Assembly (NCBI GenBank): GCA_024346625.1
Contig: AP024664.1
Coordinates: 186,001-250,000, forward strand
Direction: 5' to 3'
DNA from: Williopsis jadinii
Taxonomy: Eukaryota
DNA: 64,000 nt
The notes beneath the pieces were generated by a model. That model did not search any database. It saw only the letters and a list, made by a program, of their open reading frames with translations, and had not been told where the DNA came from. The translations under genes were made by a program, and so were the position numbers. Below, one piece after another: positions 13,001 to 24,164 of the stretch (within the stretch, counting starts at the first letter, position 1; the number at the start of each line of letters is the position of its first letter).

Positions 13001-16000
13001 ACGATCAGAGGTCATGGATCGTGGTTGCAATTGGTACCAACGGGCCAAAATCCCCAGGTCCACAGCATGCCTTGACCAATGGCTGTGCCAATGGGAAGAA
13101 GGGCCGAATGGTATGTCACTGGCAAATTCATAGGTGGATTGTGCATTAACATACAGTGATTATTGACATCAATATTCTGCATCACCATGTGGTTTTTCGC
13201 AGTATATAACGCTTTCTCTCATTTTTTCTTTTTTACTATAGCTGCCTTCTTGGTGGACCAGAGGTATTGTGCGCTCTAGATTTAAGATACAACGCGATGC
13301 CATGGTTACGATTTTCATCGAATACGCTATGTTTGAAACATACAGTCTCTATTAGAGTCACTGGTGTGGTTATTCCAACCTCCACAGCACTGAACAATGT
13401 TTATCCTATTAATGATGGTGATATGCTTTATAACATGATTTACTTGCTGTAAGCATAACAACGATGAAATGAAGCACATGTCGTAGCCGCTATTGCTAAC
13501 CGTCTTGATTGATTTGCGTATATATTGTACTCGGGACAATTAATCAGTGAAATGTTGTGTGCATCATGATGTAGGATACATAACAGGAGTCAGTTCTAGA
13601 TCAGCTTAACGCTTTCATGCCTTTTTCGAGTATAATAATTCCCGCACAACGTGATCCATTTAATTCCCTTAACATGGTCAAACAAGTGGTCATCGTAAAT
13701 GCCAATCTTTATTTGGGTTTTACACCGCAGCACAAACTCTGGTGACTGCAAATTAGCAGGATAGTAATCGCCATGCCCAAATGTCCCGATTTTGGCATCT
13801 ACAGGAAACGATCAATGTACATATCTGTAATCTGATAGTATGGCTGTGCATTGGACATGTTTAAAATATGCTTTGTTTAATACTCATATATTTTTATGCA
13901 TAACCCCTTTCAACCACCAAGTAAGTCTCTTTTACAACTGACCTTGCATAGTAGATACCCCCCTCCTTCTCCGCCAAATCCAATCCATGAAGCTTTTGTC
14001 AACGCGAAGTGCTTGAGCGCAATAGTGTGTTCACGAATTTTCAATGCTTATCATTTTGCATTGACGTCACCTCTGATGTGTTTTTTTGTCTCTTAAAAAA
14101 ATAGTAGTCAGATTCTAGACTTTCCAGTTAACTATGCGGTACAACAGAATACAGCTATTCACCCTTATGTATATGCTATTACCAATCACAGACCAAATAT
14201 GTACAGGATGATGTGGTCATTGATCTGTAAAACTTTCCAGGGATAGACAGGAGCAATTTTAAAGTAAGATACAAATTCCAATTCACACCTACATATGGAG
14301 TTTTAAAGTTGTGCGTAAAATGAGTTTTTCCAGATGGATCACTGGTCATGTCAGGCTTAAAGACAGGCGTAAGAGACGTACAAGGAGGTCTCAGGCCTTG
14401 TGCCCTCAAGTTTTGCTTATGTTTCGCAGTTAATGTGATCACCGAGAAGTATTGCCATATCCGAATCGGCAAACAGACCAAGGATTAACCACTAAGGTAT
14501 AACGGGCGAAGATAAATCAGCTCATAAGCTGGGAGACTGTACAAGTACAACTATATGAGAACATGTTCATTCTTGAGTCCGTTGTACCTAAACTCTGACA
14601 CAAATGTTACCGAACACGGTTTTATTAGGAGCACATAAATTCTGATGTTTAGTATATGATCATACGGCTATGAAGAATTTGGAGATTATATTCTCTGGAG
14701 GCGTTTCTACCGCCTCTGAAAGTTTATTGAAATATAGGCTATTATAACCGGGATCCGTGAATAACTTAGTCGCGACGCTGCCAGGAAAGTATAATACGTA
14801 CTTACATTTGCTCGAGGCGGTACAAAGTTCAAACTCCAAATCTATTGTACGCCTCTTTGCACAGAACTTCGGCAAACTAAGCCTTGATGCTTTGATGTCC
14901 TGATGTTATTAGACGTAAGTATCAGCCTGTCTCTCAGATGGTTGCTATTTACTGACTCAATGGCGGAAGAAGCATGGGGAAGAACAGCTCAGCGAGGAGA
15001 AACCGACGGATAACTACGCAACGGAAATGATTCAAGTTCTGATGAGTTTACGATGCTATTCGTGACGGAAGCGTTTATCGTATCAACAGTTTAAAGCTTG
15101 ATGGCTCATTTTTCCGCAAGCATTTTGAAGCTCTGCGTAAAGATTGAATTCCATAGAACTCACGAAATTACGTTTGAATGGCCGCAGAGGTAAGTGGTCG
15201 CGAGGCTCAAATTACAACAGAATCCGCCTGGGCCATGATCCGTAAGCCCGAAGCGGCTTGCACTGGAAGGCCAGGGGGGCGCCAGGCAGAGGCAGCGACC
15301 TGGTCAATTTGACAAAGACCAAAAACAGACACTGATCATGTAAGATTAGGCCCGGTGCAGCCAATTTATAATCAACACAATGTGGACCCTTTTTAAACGG
15401 GATATTCTCCTTATAGCTCATGAATGATGATAAGATTGTTGCTTTTATCGGCATGATATTTTCACTTTTGGAGATCACAGTACATGGACCATTCATGCAA
15501 AGAGGAACTTATCTGTTGAACTAACATCGACTACTTGGTTTTGTCCACCAGAACATCCTGTTTCATAATTGTGAGGTTTCCGTCATACATTCAACTTGAG
15601 GGAGGCGGCGTTTTGTTTTCGTCAAACACCAAATCTCTCTTCCAGCGACTAATTGATTGATCAGGGGATACAACTAGCTGAGATAACTTGAACGAAAGCC
15701 CATAGCTCAATATTAGCACGTTGTTCCCCGTGAAATTCCACCCATTCTCATATCAGGAGCTTGATCATTATTAAACGTCCTATTTCATTAAATAATTAAT
15801 ACACGAGGTGCCCTACCTCTTTTATCAACCTCATCAATATTTATGTGGTTCTCATATAGTCTGCAGTGTTTCTAGTTGATGCCCTCTTAATTCGTCATCC
15901 GATAATAAATTTAAAACTGTGAACTTCTCATGTCCATGTGCTTCGAGTACCTTCATACCTTCACCATCCGAAGCCAACAAAGAAGTACACTGATTTTTTA

Positions 16001-16027
16001 TGGTGCTGGATATTGCGGTGTAAAACA

Positions 16028-16918
16028 TCAAGTATTATCTGATGGATTCTGGACACCAGCACGATGTAGTGCCCATTTTTCTTTGAGATCCGCACAGCTG
16101 TATTCACCGAAGCCGTCAATATCGATGATATGGTTAAGCCAATCCCTCGCAATCATAGCCATTCCACACATACACTGTCCCTCTTGACCAAGTTTCTGAT
16201 TAAGCGATTTGAACTTTATCACTTTGTAATCCCTTAAAACAAAATGGGAATGTAATAAATGTTTCTTGAAATCGTACTGTCTGTTAAATTTGCCTGTCTT
16301 ATGGGAGCAAAATGTACGTGGATACACACACTTGAACCGTGGCTGTGTATCGTGCGTCCTCATATGTCTACGCACATCCCTTCGTATAACACTATTACAA
16401 ACTGGGCAAACTTCAGAAGTTGATACTGTTGAGCTGGAAACAATGGGAGAAACTGATACAGAATCAACGGAAGGAGATGTTGTAGAGCGTGCCAACTGTG
16501 TTTGTAGCTGTTGTTGTTGAGAAAATGATGAGCCTGCAGATAACGAAGCTGATTGGGGCTCTTGTTGTTGTGTGGTTATCCACGTGACTGGATTTGATGA
16601 GCTCGAGGGATAAACAGGACAAATACTAGGCGAAGTTGTTTCTGTAGTGGTTAATGTGTTGTATAAGACGGGCGAAGGCGGAAGTAAGGAAGGCACCGTT
16701 GATACTGGTGGTTTTGGTGGATGCACCAGGGTAATTTTCTCACCAGAGAACTCTTGTATTCCAGGAAGTTGCTGAGGTTGTTGCAATCGTTGATGCGATG
16801 GGAGAGGGAGTGTCTGATCCTGTGCATTGTCCGATCTTTTGATCCGTTCAATGGTTTCAGCAAGTGACGGAAGCTTGAGCACACCCCTCCTCTTGTCGTC
16901 ACCTTTATTGTTTTGCAT
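16028..16918 (-). CDS. C2H2 zinc-finger transcription factor (paralog B)
   Basis: CPVCN...RHMRTH, CVYPRTFC...FNRQYDFKKHLLHSH, CMCG...WLNHI...C. C-terminal domain is collinear with that of 5895-7025. Confidence 0.88.
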   Translation of the reverse strand: MQNNKGDDKRRGVLKLPSLAETIERIKRSDNAQDQTLPLPSHQRLQQPQQLPGIQEFSGEKITLVHPPKPPVSTVPSLLPPSPVLYNTLTTTETTSPSICPVYPSSSSNPVTWITTQQQEPQSASLSAGSSFSQQQQLQTQLARSTTSPSVDSVSVSPIVSSSTVSTSEVCPVCNSVIRRDVRRHMRTHDTQPRFKCVYPRTFCSHKTGKFNRQYDFKKHLLHSHFVLRDYKVIKFKSLNQKLGQEGQCMCGMAMIARDWLNHIIDIDGFGEYSCADLKEKWALHRAGVQNPSDNT

Positions 16919-19066
16919 AGTCTTGATTCAAAGATCCTATGAAGAAAATGATACATCCATGTAAACTTTTAGATATTAACACAATTTGATATTGACCAAA
17001 CCAACAGACCGTGTAGAGCTGGAAATAAGAATAAATTACCAATATAGAACAAAGCGTCACAAGCTGTAAAAAAGAGAAAATTGGGCTATGTGGAGGATAT
17101 TGAGTTGATCTTTATATGGTATTTCAAACCCTTGCGTGATGGAGGCTCTACAGTCCAACGTACAGTCCAGCAATTTCTGCAAATGTGTTCTTCCCGAGTG
17201 TCAAAACAATTTGAAGACAAAAGGCACAACCAGTGGGGGACACCATCACAAGAAGACGAGGGTTTTAAATACAAGAGGGGGAATTCCAGCTCGATGGCAA
17301 AACACACATACACACCAGAAAAACCCATTAAAGAATATCATCGTATGCTTTAACGTTAAAAATCTGTTCATGCTTTTCCCTGGCTTCTGGGGTAATTATA
17401 GCGGTGTGTGGTACTGTACGTTGTAGATACAGCCATAAAAATTAGCCAACCGTCGCCGTCCATCATATGTGCATTTACGCAGTGTAGAATTATATTTTTT
17501 GTGAGGGCATGTTGGTTTGTGTGCCTTAAGCACTGTGTCTACCGGAGATTTGAAGGGGTTTTACCGTCTGGGAGAGCTGTGAAAGGTGGGCGAGGCGACA
17601 ATCCGACACGGCCCTGCTAATCAAGGAGCCACCGGCGAGGTTGGAAGAGAGACAGGAGCCCCGGAGCTGCTATTCTGAGCGGAAGAGAAGGTTTGTCAGT
17701 GACCTTGAGTTTCTAGATTTATCCGAGGCGAATACTGCTTCCGTTGGCTTATTATGATAGACCAAGCAATTGGGCGCAGGAGTAGTCAGTCATCCATAGT
17801 GCCGGCTTCTGAACGCGACGTGGGGCCCTTTGCACTAACCAGCATCTATTAAAATATGTGCATGTGGACGTATATTCAAGACGAGAGCGAAACGAGCAGG
17901 CTCCATTGGGGCATATATTAGCACTAGTTTCTCCAACCGGGTTGTCGTACCCACATTGACAGTCTATAAGAAGAGCAGCGTGGCCAGTGTCACCCGTCTC
18001 AACGAAAAGAAAAGTTCGTGTCTAAGAAAGGAATCGAAGCCACGCTGTACACTCTCACGGGCACACCAGGGGCCATGGAGCAACAACACAGACAAGCCTC
18101 ATCACGCGGGTGGCACTCCCAAACACGGGACAACTACGAGCGAACAAGATGTCTATCCTGAACTACAAGCACATACAACCTCACAATACACCAGCACTTG
18201 TACAAGAGAAGCGCATAGCCAACGACTCCAAACCACGAAGCGACACGATTTGCTCTCCAAATTTGTTAGCGGAGGTGGACACGTACAAGGTGCATGTACA
18301 TGCATACAGTGGCACCGCATCGCATATGTCAAGCATATGTTTTTTTGAGCTGGAATCGATGAATTAATTCACATTATGTATGGAGGTGATTTTATTTTGA
18401 TAGTCACTGCTCATCAGTGATGAGGAAGTTTGTATTTTGACCGAGGGTGATTCACTTTTCTGAGGTACGCTATTATGGAAAGTGCCTTGTGACTTTGCAT
18501 TAGCTTACATTTGCTCATTGATGTAGCTACTTTTCTTGTGGATATGAATTGATGGCGTGCTTTAAATCACCGAAATGAACACTGCCTCAGTGTGCAGAGG
18601 ATGGCATAGGCTAGCAGATAACCACAGTTGAAGAACACGCCAAATTGGTTGTTACTTTACACTACAGTGCTCTATTGTCAACGGGTAAGCGACGGCGTGG
18701 TGTATAGGCCAGCTGGTTATCAGCACCTGTGCCAGTAGACCATTCAGTCCAGCCCGGATATCTTGGAGTTCCATATAATTATACTGCACAATGTGTGGTG
18801 GAGTTCATCCTAATTTCAGAAACCACTGAAAAAGAAAAGACAGAAAGGAACACATAGCCAAATTTATTAAGGAAGTCATCATATGATAATTGCAGGGGTG
18901 CCTGTGTTCAAAAGACTGGCATAGCCATCTCCCAATCTGCTCAAGGCTCTACAGTCCAGCACCAATCCCACATTTTAAAAGTTAGAGAGGGTATACAGAT
19001 ATTCTAAGTATAGCTATTAAGACTAACAGTATAGTGACAAAGACACTGTTGAGTTACAATGGTGCT

Positions 19067-21487
19067 TCATAACAAACTGGCAATGGCCAAAACAAAGGAG
19101 ATCAACACTGAGCCATTTGCCGTTTGAGAAACAGCAGCACCTTCAAAGGCAGATGGAACAGTGGAGATTGAACTGCCGACAATGGCTGAGGTGCTGACTG
19201 CAGAAGAAGGATAGTTGTCGGCCGTAGTACCTACAGCTTGGTCCTCTGTGGTTTTGGTGGTTTGCCCAGAAGATGTTTTAGAATCGTACAAGGATTCCGC
19301 AACCGTAACCTTTGTGGTTTTACCTGTTTTGGTGACATCAGAAGCCCCTGCTGATGCCTGGGAACCAGAAACACTGGTTGTTGATGTAGTTTCATAAACT
19401 TCAAAGCCAGATGTCTCATCGCTATCTTTACTCTTCTCAGAACCTCCGGACGTGGTACATGGAACAGTTGTGGTGAGAGTCTTTACCAAACCTTCTTCCG
19501 TGGTTGTAGTGATGATAACATTGGATGTTGCAGTTCCAGAAATAATCAAAGTCTTTGTTTCACCAGAGGCATCCACTGAAGTCACTGTTGTACATGGAAC
19601 TGTAGAAGTCAGTGTAACATTGTTCAATTTGGTCTCAGTGACAAGGAAGTTTTCAGTAGTGGTGAAAGGAGATGCATCACTAACACTGGATGAAACAACC
19701 GATAATGAAGATTGTGGAGCAGACTCAGAAGAAAGAGTCGAAGTACTTGAGGACAGTGCATTTTCTTCAATGGAGAAGTCAAATTCCAACACGGTAACCT
19801 CTCTCTTGAAGAATCTATTTCTCACTTCTGATGTGATGGAAACTTGCAAATGCTGGGAGTATGGTGCCCTGCCAGTGGCATGTCCAGTAATAGAGGCAAC
19901 CAATTCTTGGTTTTGTTCGATAGAACCATCAAGCTTAACGGCAAATGTGTTTTCTGTGATAGATCCCTCCACCTCAAGACGAGCATCATCAACTGTGACA
20001 ATAAACTGAGAAATTGTGTATGATGTGTTTCCGTTTGAGCCTGTAAACTCCAATGAGGACCAAGGTCCCAAGTTTCCAGGTAAGTGCAATTCAAAGTGTG
20101 GTTCTCCATCAACGAGGTAACCAGTGAAATATGGTGATTCCTCGGAAACCGTGGATGGTCTGATCAAAGAGGCACTATCAGCAGTGGTTGGTGATTCCTC
20201 AAAAGTGGAACTTAGGGAGGGAGATGGTGATGAAGTGAACACAGAGGTGCCATTAACCTCATTGGATGATTGACTAGCTGTGCTCAAGGAGGAGGATGTG
20301 AAATCAGAAGTCATTGTACTGGAAGAAGACTTGAAAGCTTTACATACGCTTGATGAAGTGGTGGAATCACTGGTGCTGTAGCTGTCAGTGGTTTGCTCAT
20401 TAGATGTTAACGAAGCAGTTGATGAAGCAGCTGGTGAAACAATATTCGACTCAATGGATGTTGTGGAAGATGGTTCAACGGATGAAGTAGTTGTGGAGGA
20501 GGATTTGAAGGCAAGGCAGACACTTGAAGAACTTTCCACAGATGTAACAGAAGTCGACACGCTTTCAGAAGATGAAGAGGACTGAGATGAGGATGCCGAA
20601 ATAGACTCGGAAAGAGATTCAGAAGATGACTGCTGAGATTCAACAGAGAAGCTAACCTCACCACCGGTGGCTTTCACAACTACCGGATACATCTGACCAG
20701 GCTCGAGGTCGACATTGTCGATGCCTATGACACCAAGAAGCTTAGTGATGGTCTTTGAGTGAGTTGTCAATGACACCGTGAGACTATCATCTGTAGAGAA
20801 AAGATAATTCAAGAATTCAACACAACGTTGAGTAACATGTTTCTTCTTCTCTCTGACATCAGCCTGCCATAATTCATCAGCCTCTGTGAACCCGTCCTCA
20901 AAAGTGACAATAGGGTAGTTTGAGGCGATCCAAGACTTGGAATGACGTTCATAGGGAGTGTAGACACCGTATCTCTCTCTGAGATTCTCAACAACCTCTG
21001 CTGTCTGGCCAGCACCCCACGTGAGCTCATGAGTATGCAAGGTTCTTTGTAGTGGAGAGGTGTAATGGCTTTCTGGGTATGGAGCACCGTTGGCAATAAG
21101 TGCTTGCCATTTCTGCGAGAGACTTTCAATCTGAGACACACCGGTTGGTGTTAAGTCGTCGTCAAACAGCGTGATGTTTCCATAGGTGTTATAGATTCCA
21201 ATTTGGTCCCATTCATCGTCAGAAACCGAGTCCTTGACAACGTTATGCCATGCTTCTCCGTGTCTCTGGATGAATAGCAACTTGTAGTACGTACCATCAA
21301 CGGACTTCTCTTCAAGCTCCGCTAAAAGTGAATCCCAAGTGTACGATGAGTCCAATCCAAAGTTGTCGAGGTCCGTAGTTACAAGCGAGGAGTCTGCATT
21401 CTGCTGAAAGTAATCCACAGGACTGAATGTCCAATCAGCACTCGCAATTGTTCCCAAGAAACAAACAGCTAAGCTCTTCAGCAACAT
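19067..21487 (-). CDS. Secreted GPI-anchored cell-wall protein: PMU1-like histidine phosphatase (phosphoglycerate mutase superfamily) domain plus S/T-rich flocculin-like stalk
   Basis: Signal peptide MLLKSLAVCFLGTIASA. Catalytic motifs KLLFIQRHGEAWHN, D..LT..G, SPLQRTLHT, ENLRE, TTHS. S/T-rich region with TxTVPCTT repeats. C-terminal GPI signal FEGAAVSQTANGSVLISFVLAIASLL. Confidence 0.88.
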   Translation of the reverse strand: MLLKSLAVCFLGTIASADWTFSPVDYFQQNADSSLVTTDLDNFGLDSSYTWDSLLAELEEKSVDGTYYKLLFIQRHGEAWHNVVKDSVSDDEWDQIGIYNTYGNITLFDDDLTPTGVSQIESLSQKWQALIANGAPYPESHYTSPLQRTLHTHELTWGAGQTAEVVENLRERYGVYTPYERHSKSWIASNYPIVTFEDGFTEADELWQADVREKKKHVTQRCVEFLNYLFSTDDSLTVSLTTHSKTITKLLGVIGIDNVDLEPGQMYPVVVKATGGEVSFSVESQQSSSESLSESISASSSQSSSSSESVSTSVTSVESSSSVCLAFKSSSTTTSSVEPSSTTSIESNIVSPAASSTASLTSNEQTTDSYSTSDSTTSSSVCKAFKSSSSTMTSDFTSSSLSTASQSSNEVNGTSVFTSSPSPSLSSTFEESPTTADSASLIRPSTVSEESPYFTGYLVDGEPHFELHLPGNLGPWSSLEFTGSNGNTSYTISQFIVTVDDARLEVEGSITENTFAVKLDGSIEQNQELVASITGHATGRAPYSQHLQVSITSEVRNRFFKREVTVLEFDFSIEENALSSSTSTLSSESAPQSSLSVVSSSVSDASPFTTTENFLVTETKLNNVTLTSTVPCTTVTSVDASGETKTLIISGTATSNVIITTTTEEGLVKTLTTTVPCTTSGGSEKSKDSDETSGFEVYETTSTTSVSGSQASAGASDVTKTGKTTKVTVAESLYDSKTSSGQTTKTTEDQAVGTTADNYPSSAVSTSAIVGSSISTVPSAFEGAAVSQTANGSVLISFVLAIASLL

Positions 21488-21643
21488 CTTCTATGGCCGT
21501 GAGAATGAAATTACACTCCATCAGCAATTGCGAATACGACAAGTCCATATTTATAAGGGTTTTTATTGGAAGTCTCCTATTTCGTCGTAGTTTGAGAAGC
21601 CCTTGCATCTTCGCTTCTCGTAGTATGTGGGATGCAGTTGTGG

Positions 21644-22255
21644 CACGTGTGCCTTCCCTCCGGAATGCGTTGTGTTCTTTTTAACCGTTGGTGCTTATGA
21701 GCACGTATCTCTATCCACGTTTCTAATCAATTGAAGGTTGTACAGACTAGCTGACATGCTACAACACCCTCATGCACTAGCACCGAAGATCAAGTGGACA
21801 AGCTCAGAGCTCTTCGAGGCATCAGCCAGGCGCAGCCGTTGACAAACTGCTCCTGCCCAGACATTAACACTTGGCCTGCCCACCGTTTAGAGTTGTTCCT
21901 TACATCAATCCGCCTACGTATTCGCTCGAATTGGGATTATTGGTCTACACGTGTTGCTCCGCAGACCATTTGCGTCAATGCAACGGTCAATTGGTGAGTC
22001 TACAGCTTGTTGGCCTACGATTGGACAGAGCCAGAGGAATTGGATTGAACAGCTCAGGCAATTTCTCATTTTGAGTTGCACGTCAATTGGGACTGTAACG
22101 ATGTTAAGAATATGAAATGGATCCCATATCACAGGTTTACATTGTTCTGGAGATACATCACAACGTGAAGATCGATTTCTGGTTGACGATAGGAAAACGT
22201 GGACGTACATTGCAGCCAAAATCAGACAAGTGTATGTTCTCGAGAGGTGCACGTT
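21644..22255. promoter_or_regulatory. Cluster of Pho4-type E-boxes upstream of the secreted phosphatase
   Basis: CACGTG at 21644 and 21948; CACGTT at 21716 and 22250; AACGTG (reverse complement of CACGTT) at 22162 and 22196. Minus-strand TATAAA near 21550. Confidence 0.55.
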
Positions 22256-24164
22256 GTTGTTATTGTACTACAGTATAGCAGCAAGCAGAGTAAAACTTGT
22301 ATAATCTTGCAGCAAAGTACAGGAGGTATGTTATAGATGTAGTTGATTTGGAGACTCCGGATGGTTGTACGGGAGTGAGTTTCCATACTGATTCTCGTTT
22401 CCTGATTCTGCCAGTACGTGTGAGCAAGCTGGTATCTGCTCTTTTATAGACCTAGTCTGTGTTTATTGTGTTTAGAAGGTTTGTATGGTGCTTATACAGA
22501 GAGAGCAGTGTCAAAGAAATACAGGAAATACAGGGATATAGAGTACTTGGTTTAACCTGTGGAACATGATGAGGTGGTTAACATATGTCGTTGAAAGATA
22601 ATCAGTGTTTTGCTTTCAACACCGTGTGTATGGACGTCTCCTTCAACCATCACAGAGGAATTTCGACCCCATGATCGACTCACTGGGATGGCTATCTGCT
22701 CCATTTGAGCTAAATTCCCTTTTCTGAGCCGTCCATAAGTACCCTCACTACATTAGATACAGATATGGTATCTCAATGGAATGGAAGAATGGCACATTAG
22801 ACCGTTCCAGGGGTGATGTGGGCTCTGCAAAACACTCTGATAAATCTAACATCTATGGAAGAAAGTTGTGCCATTGTGTTTCCCGTAGAGGCCTTCACAA
22901 CCTTTAGTGAGAAGTAGCTTCGCTGATATGCGAACTCAACTGAGGATCAGACCGGAATGGGGCATTTGAAAGGGTCTCTATTGTAAGTATGCTTAGGTAA
23001 CCGGAACTGCAAGAAGCCTGGTCCCGGTTCCACTCGTAAAGTTCCAAAAGCCCTTTATGACGTGACCAAAGCTGGAAACACAGATAACTGGACTCACTAC
23101 ACCTGTCGAGACATGTGACTGAAGCTATACTCTAGTCATTGAGCGTAAGACCCTGTTGTCACCCAAATATATCATTGCTTCAAAGAGTAGGACTATAAGA
23201 CGTGGACGCCATTTTTGAAAGCGATTCCGTGATCGATCGTAAATCACATCCTGGTTCCACATGAGCTTTGTCAACAGCTGAGGAGGCGGGCCCTGTTTGG
23301 TTACACCACACTCTGGTTAAACAGGCATCAACTTGGCTGCGAACCTCTCAATGAGCTAATGCGTTCACGAAGCAAAACCACTGACAAGCAGACAATGAGG
23401 CATAACTAAACACAGTGCCAACATAGCCAGAACTCCACGGCTCAAGCAATCATTATGTGCTACGAAGCACAGCAAGCACTGGCTGGTGAGATCAGACACA
23501 GAGACAGCTAGCACGGCCTCATCGACCACAGTCCGGCACACTGTTCTCAACGTCCAAGTGTAGCCCACAGCGAGCACCTCGCACGGTGCCCGTAGAGTCA
23601 CTAAACACCCTCAACACACTCACAGCCACTACATTGTCATACACCAAAGATTGTGGACAGTTTTTACAGATACTGTCTCCTCAATTGAGTCGAAAACTCG
23701 TATAGACAGCTTATATACACACGCCTCGGCCTTCTGAAGACAAACACCAACCCTCAGCTCACTCCGGACACAACGCTCAGACGACGCCATCTTCCCTAAC
23801 AAAGACAAACAACCTCTCAACTCACACAATTGGATGCATTCCAGGCTCAAACACACCGCAGTTTAGCGTATAACCGTGTGCTATATCGGCCCCATCGCTT
23901 TCCCAATGCGGATAATTGGTTTGTTTACAATTCGAGTATTTCATGCATCGTTGCCGGGGAAACAAAAGCACCTTTATACGCTCGAGGACTCAGGTACCAA
24001 ACGTCCGCCATTTGAGGGTTTTCTCTGATGATTTGGTTTCTTCATTTGCTGTGTGGAAAAACTGGAGTAAACGGGAGTGAATAGGCTCTACTTTGGTTGA
24101 GATTGCTGGTTCATCTACTAGCTGTGATCAGGATTTGGGAACTGCGCAGTTGTCTTGTCAACTG

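Noticed and set aside
7026..16027. Numerous 60-125 aa ORFs in the long spacer
   Set aside because: Many begin at non-ATG codons, none has a recognisable motif, and there are no gag/pol/transposase signatures; consistent with chance ORFs.
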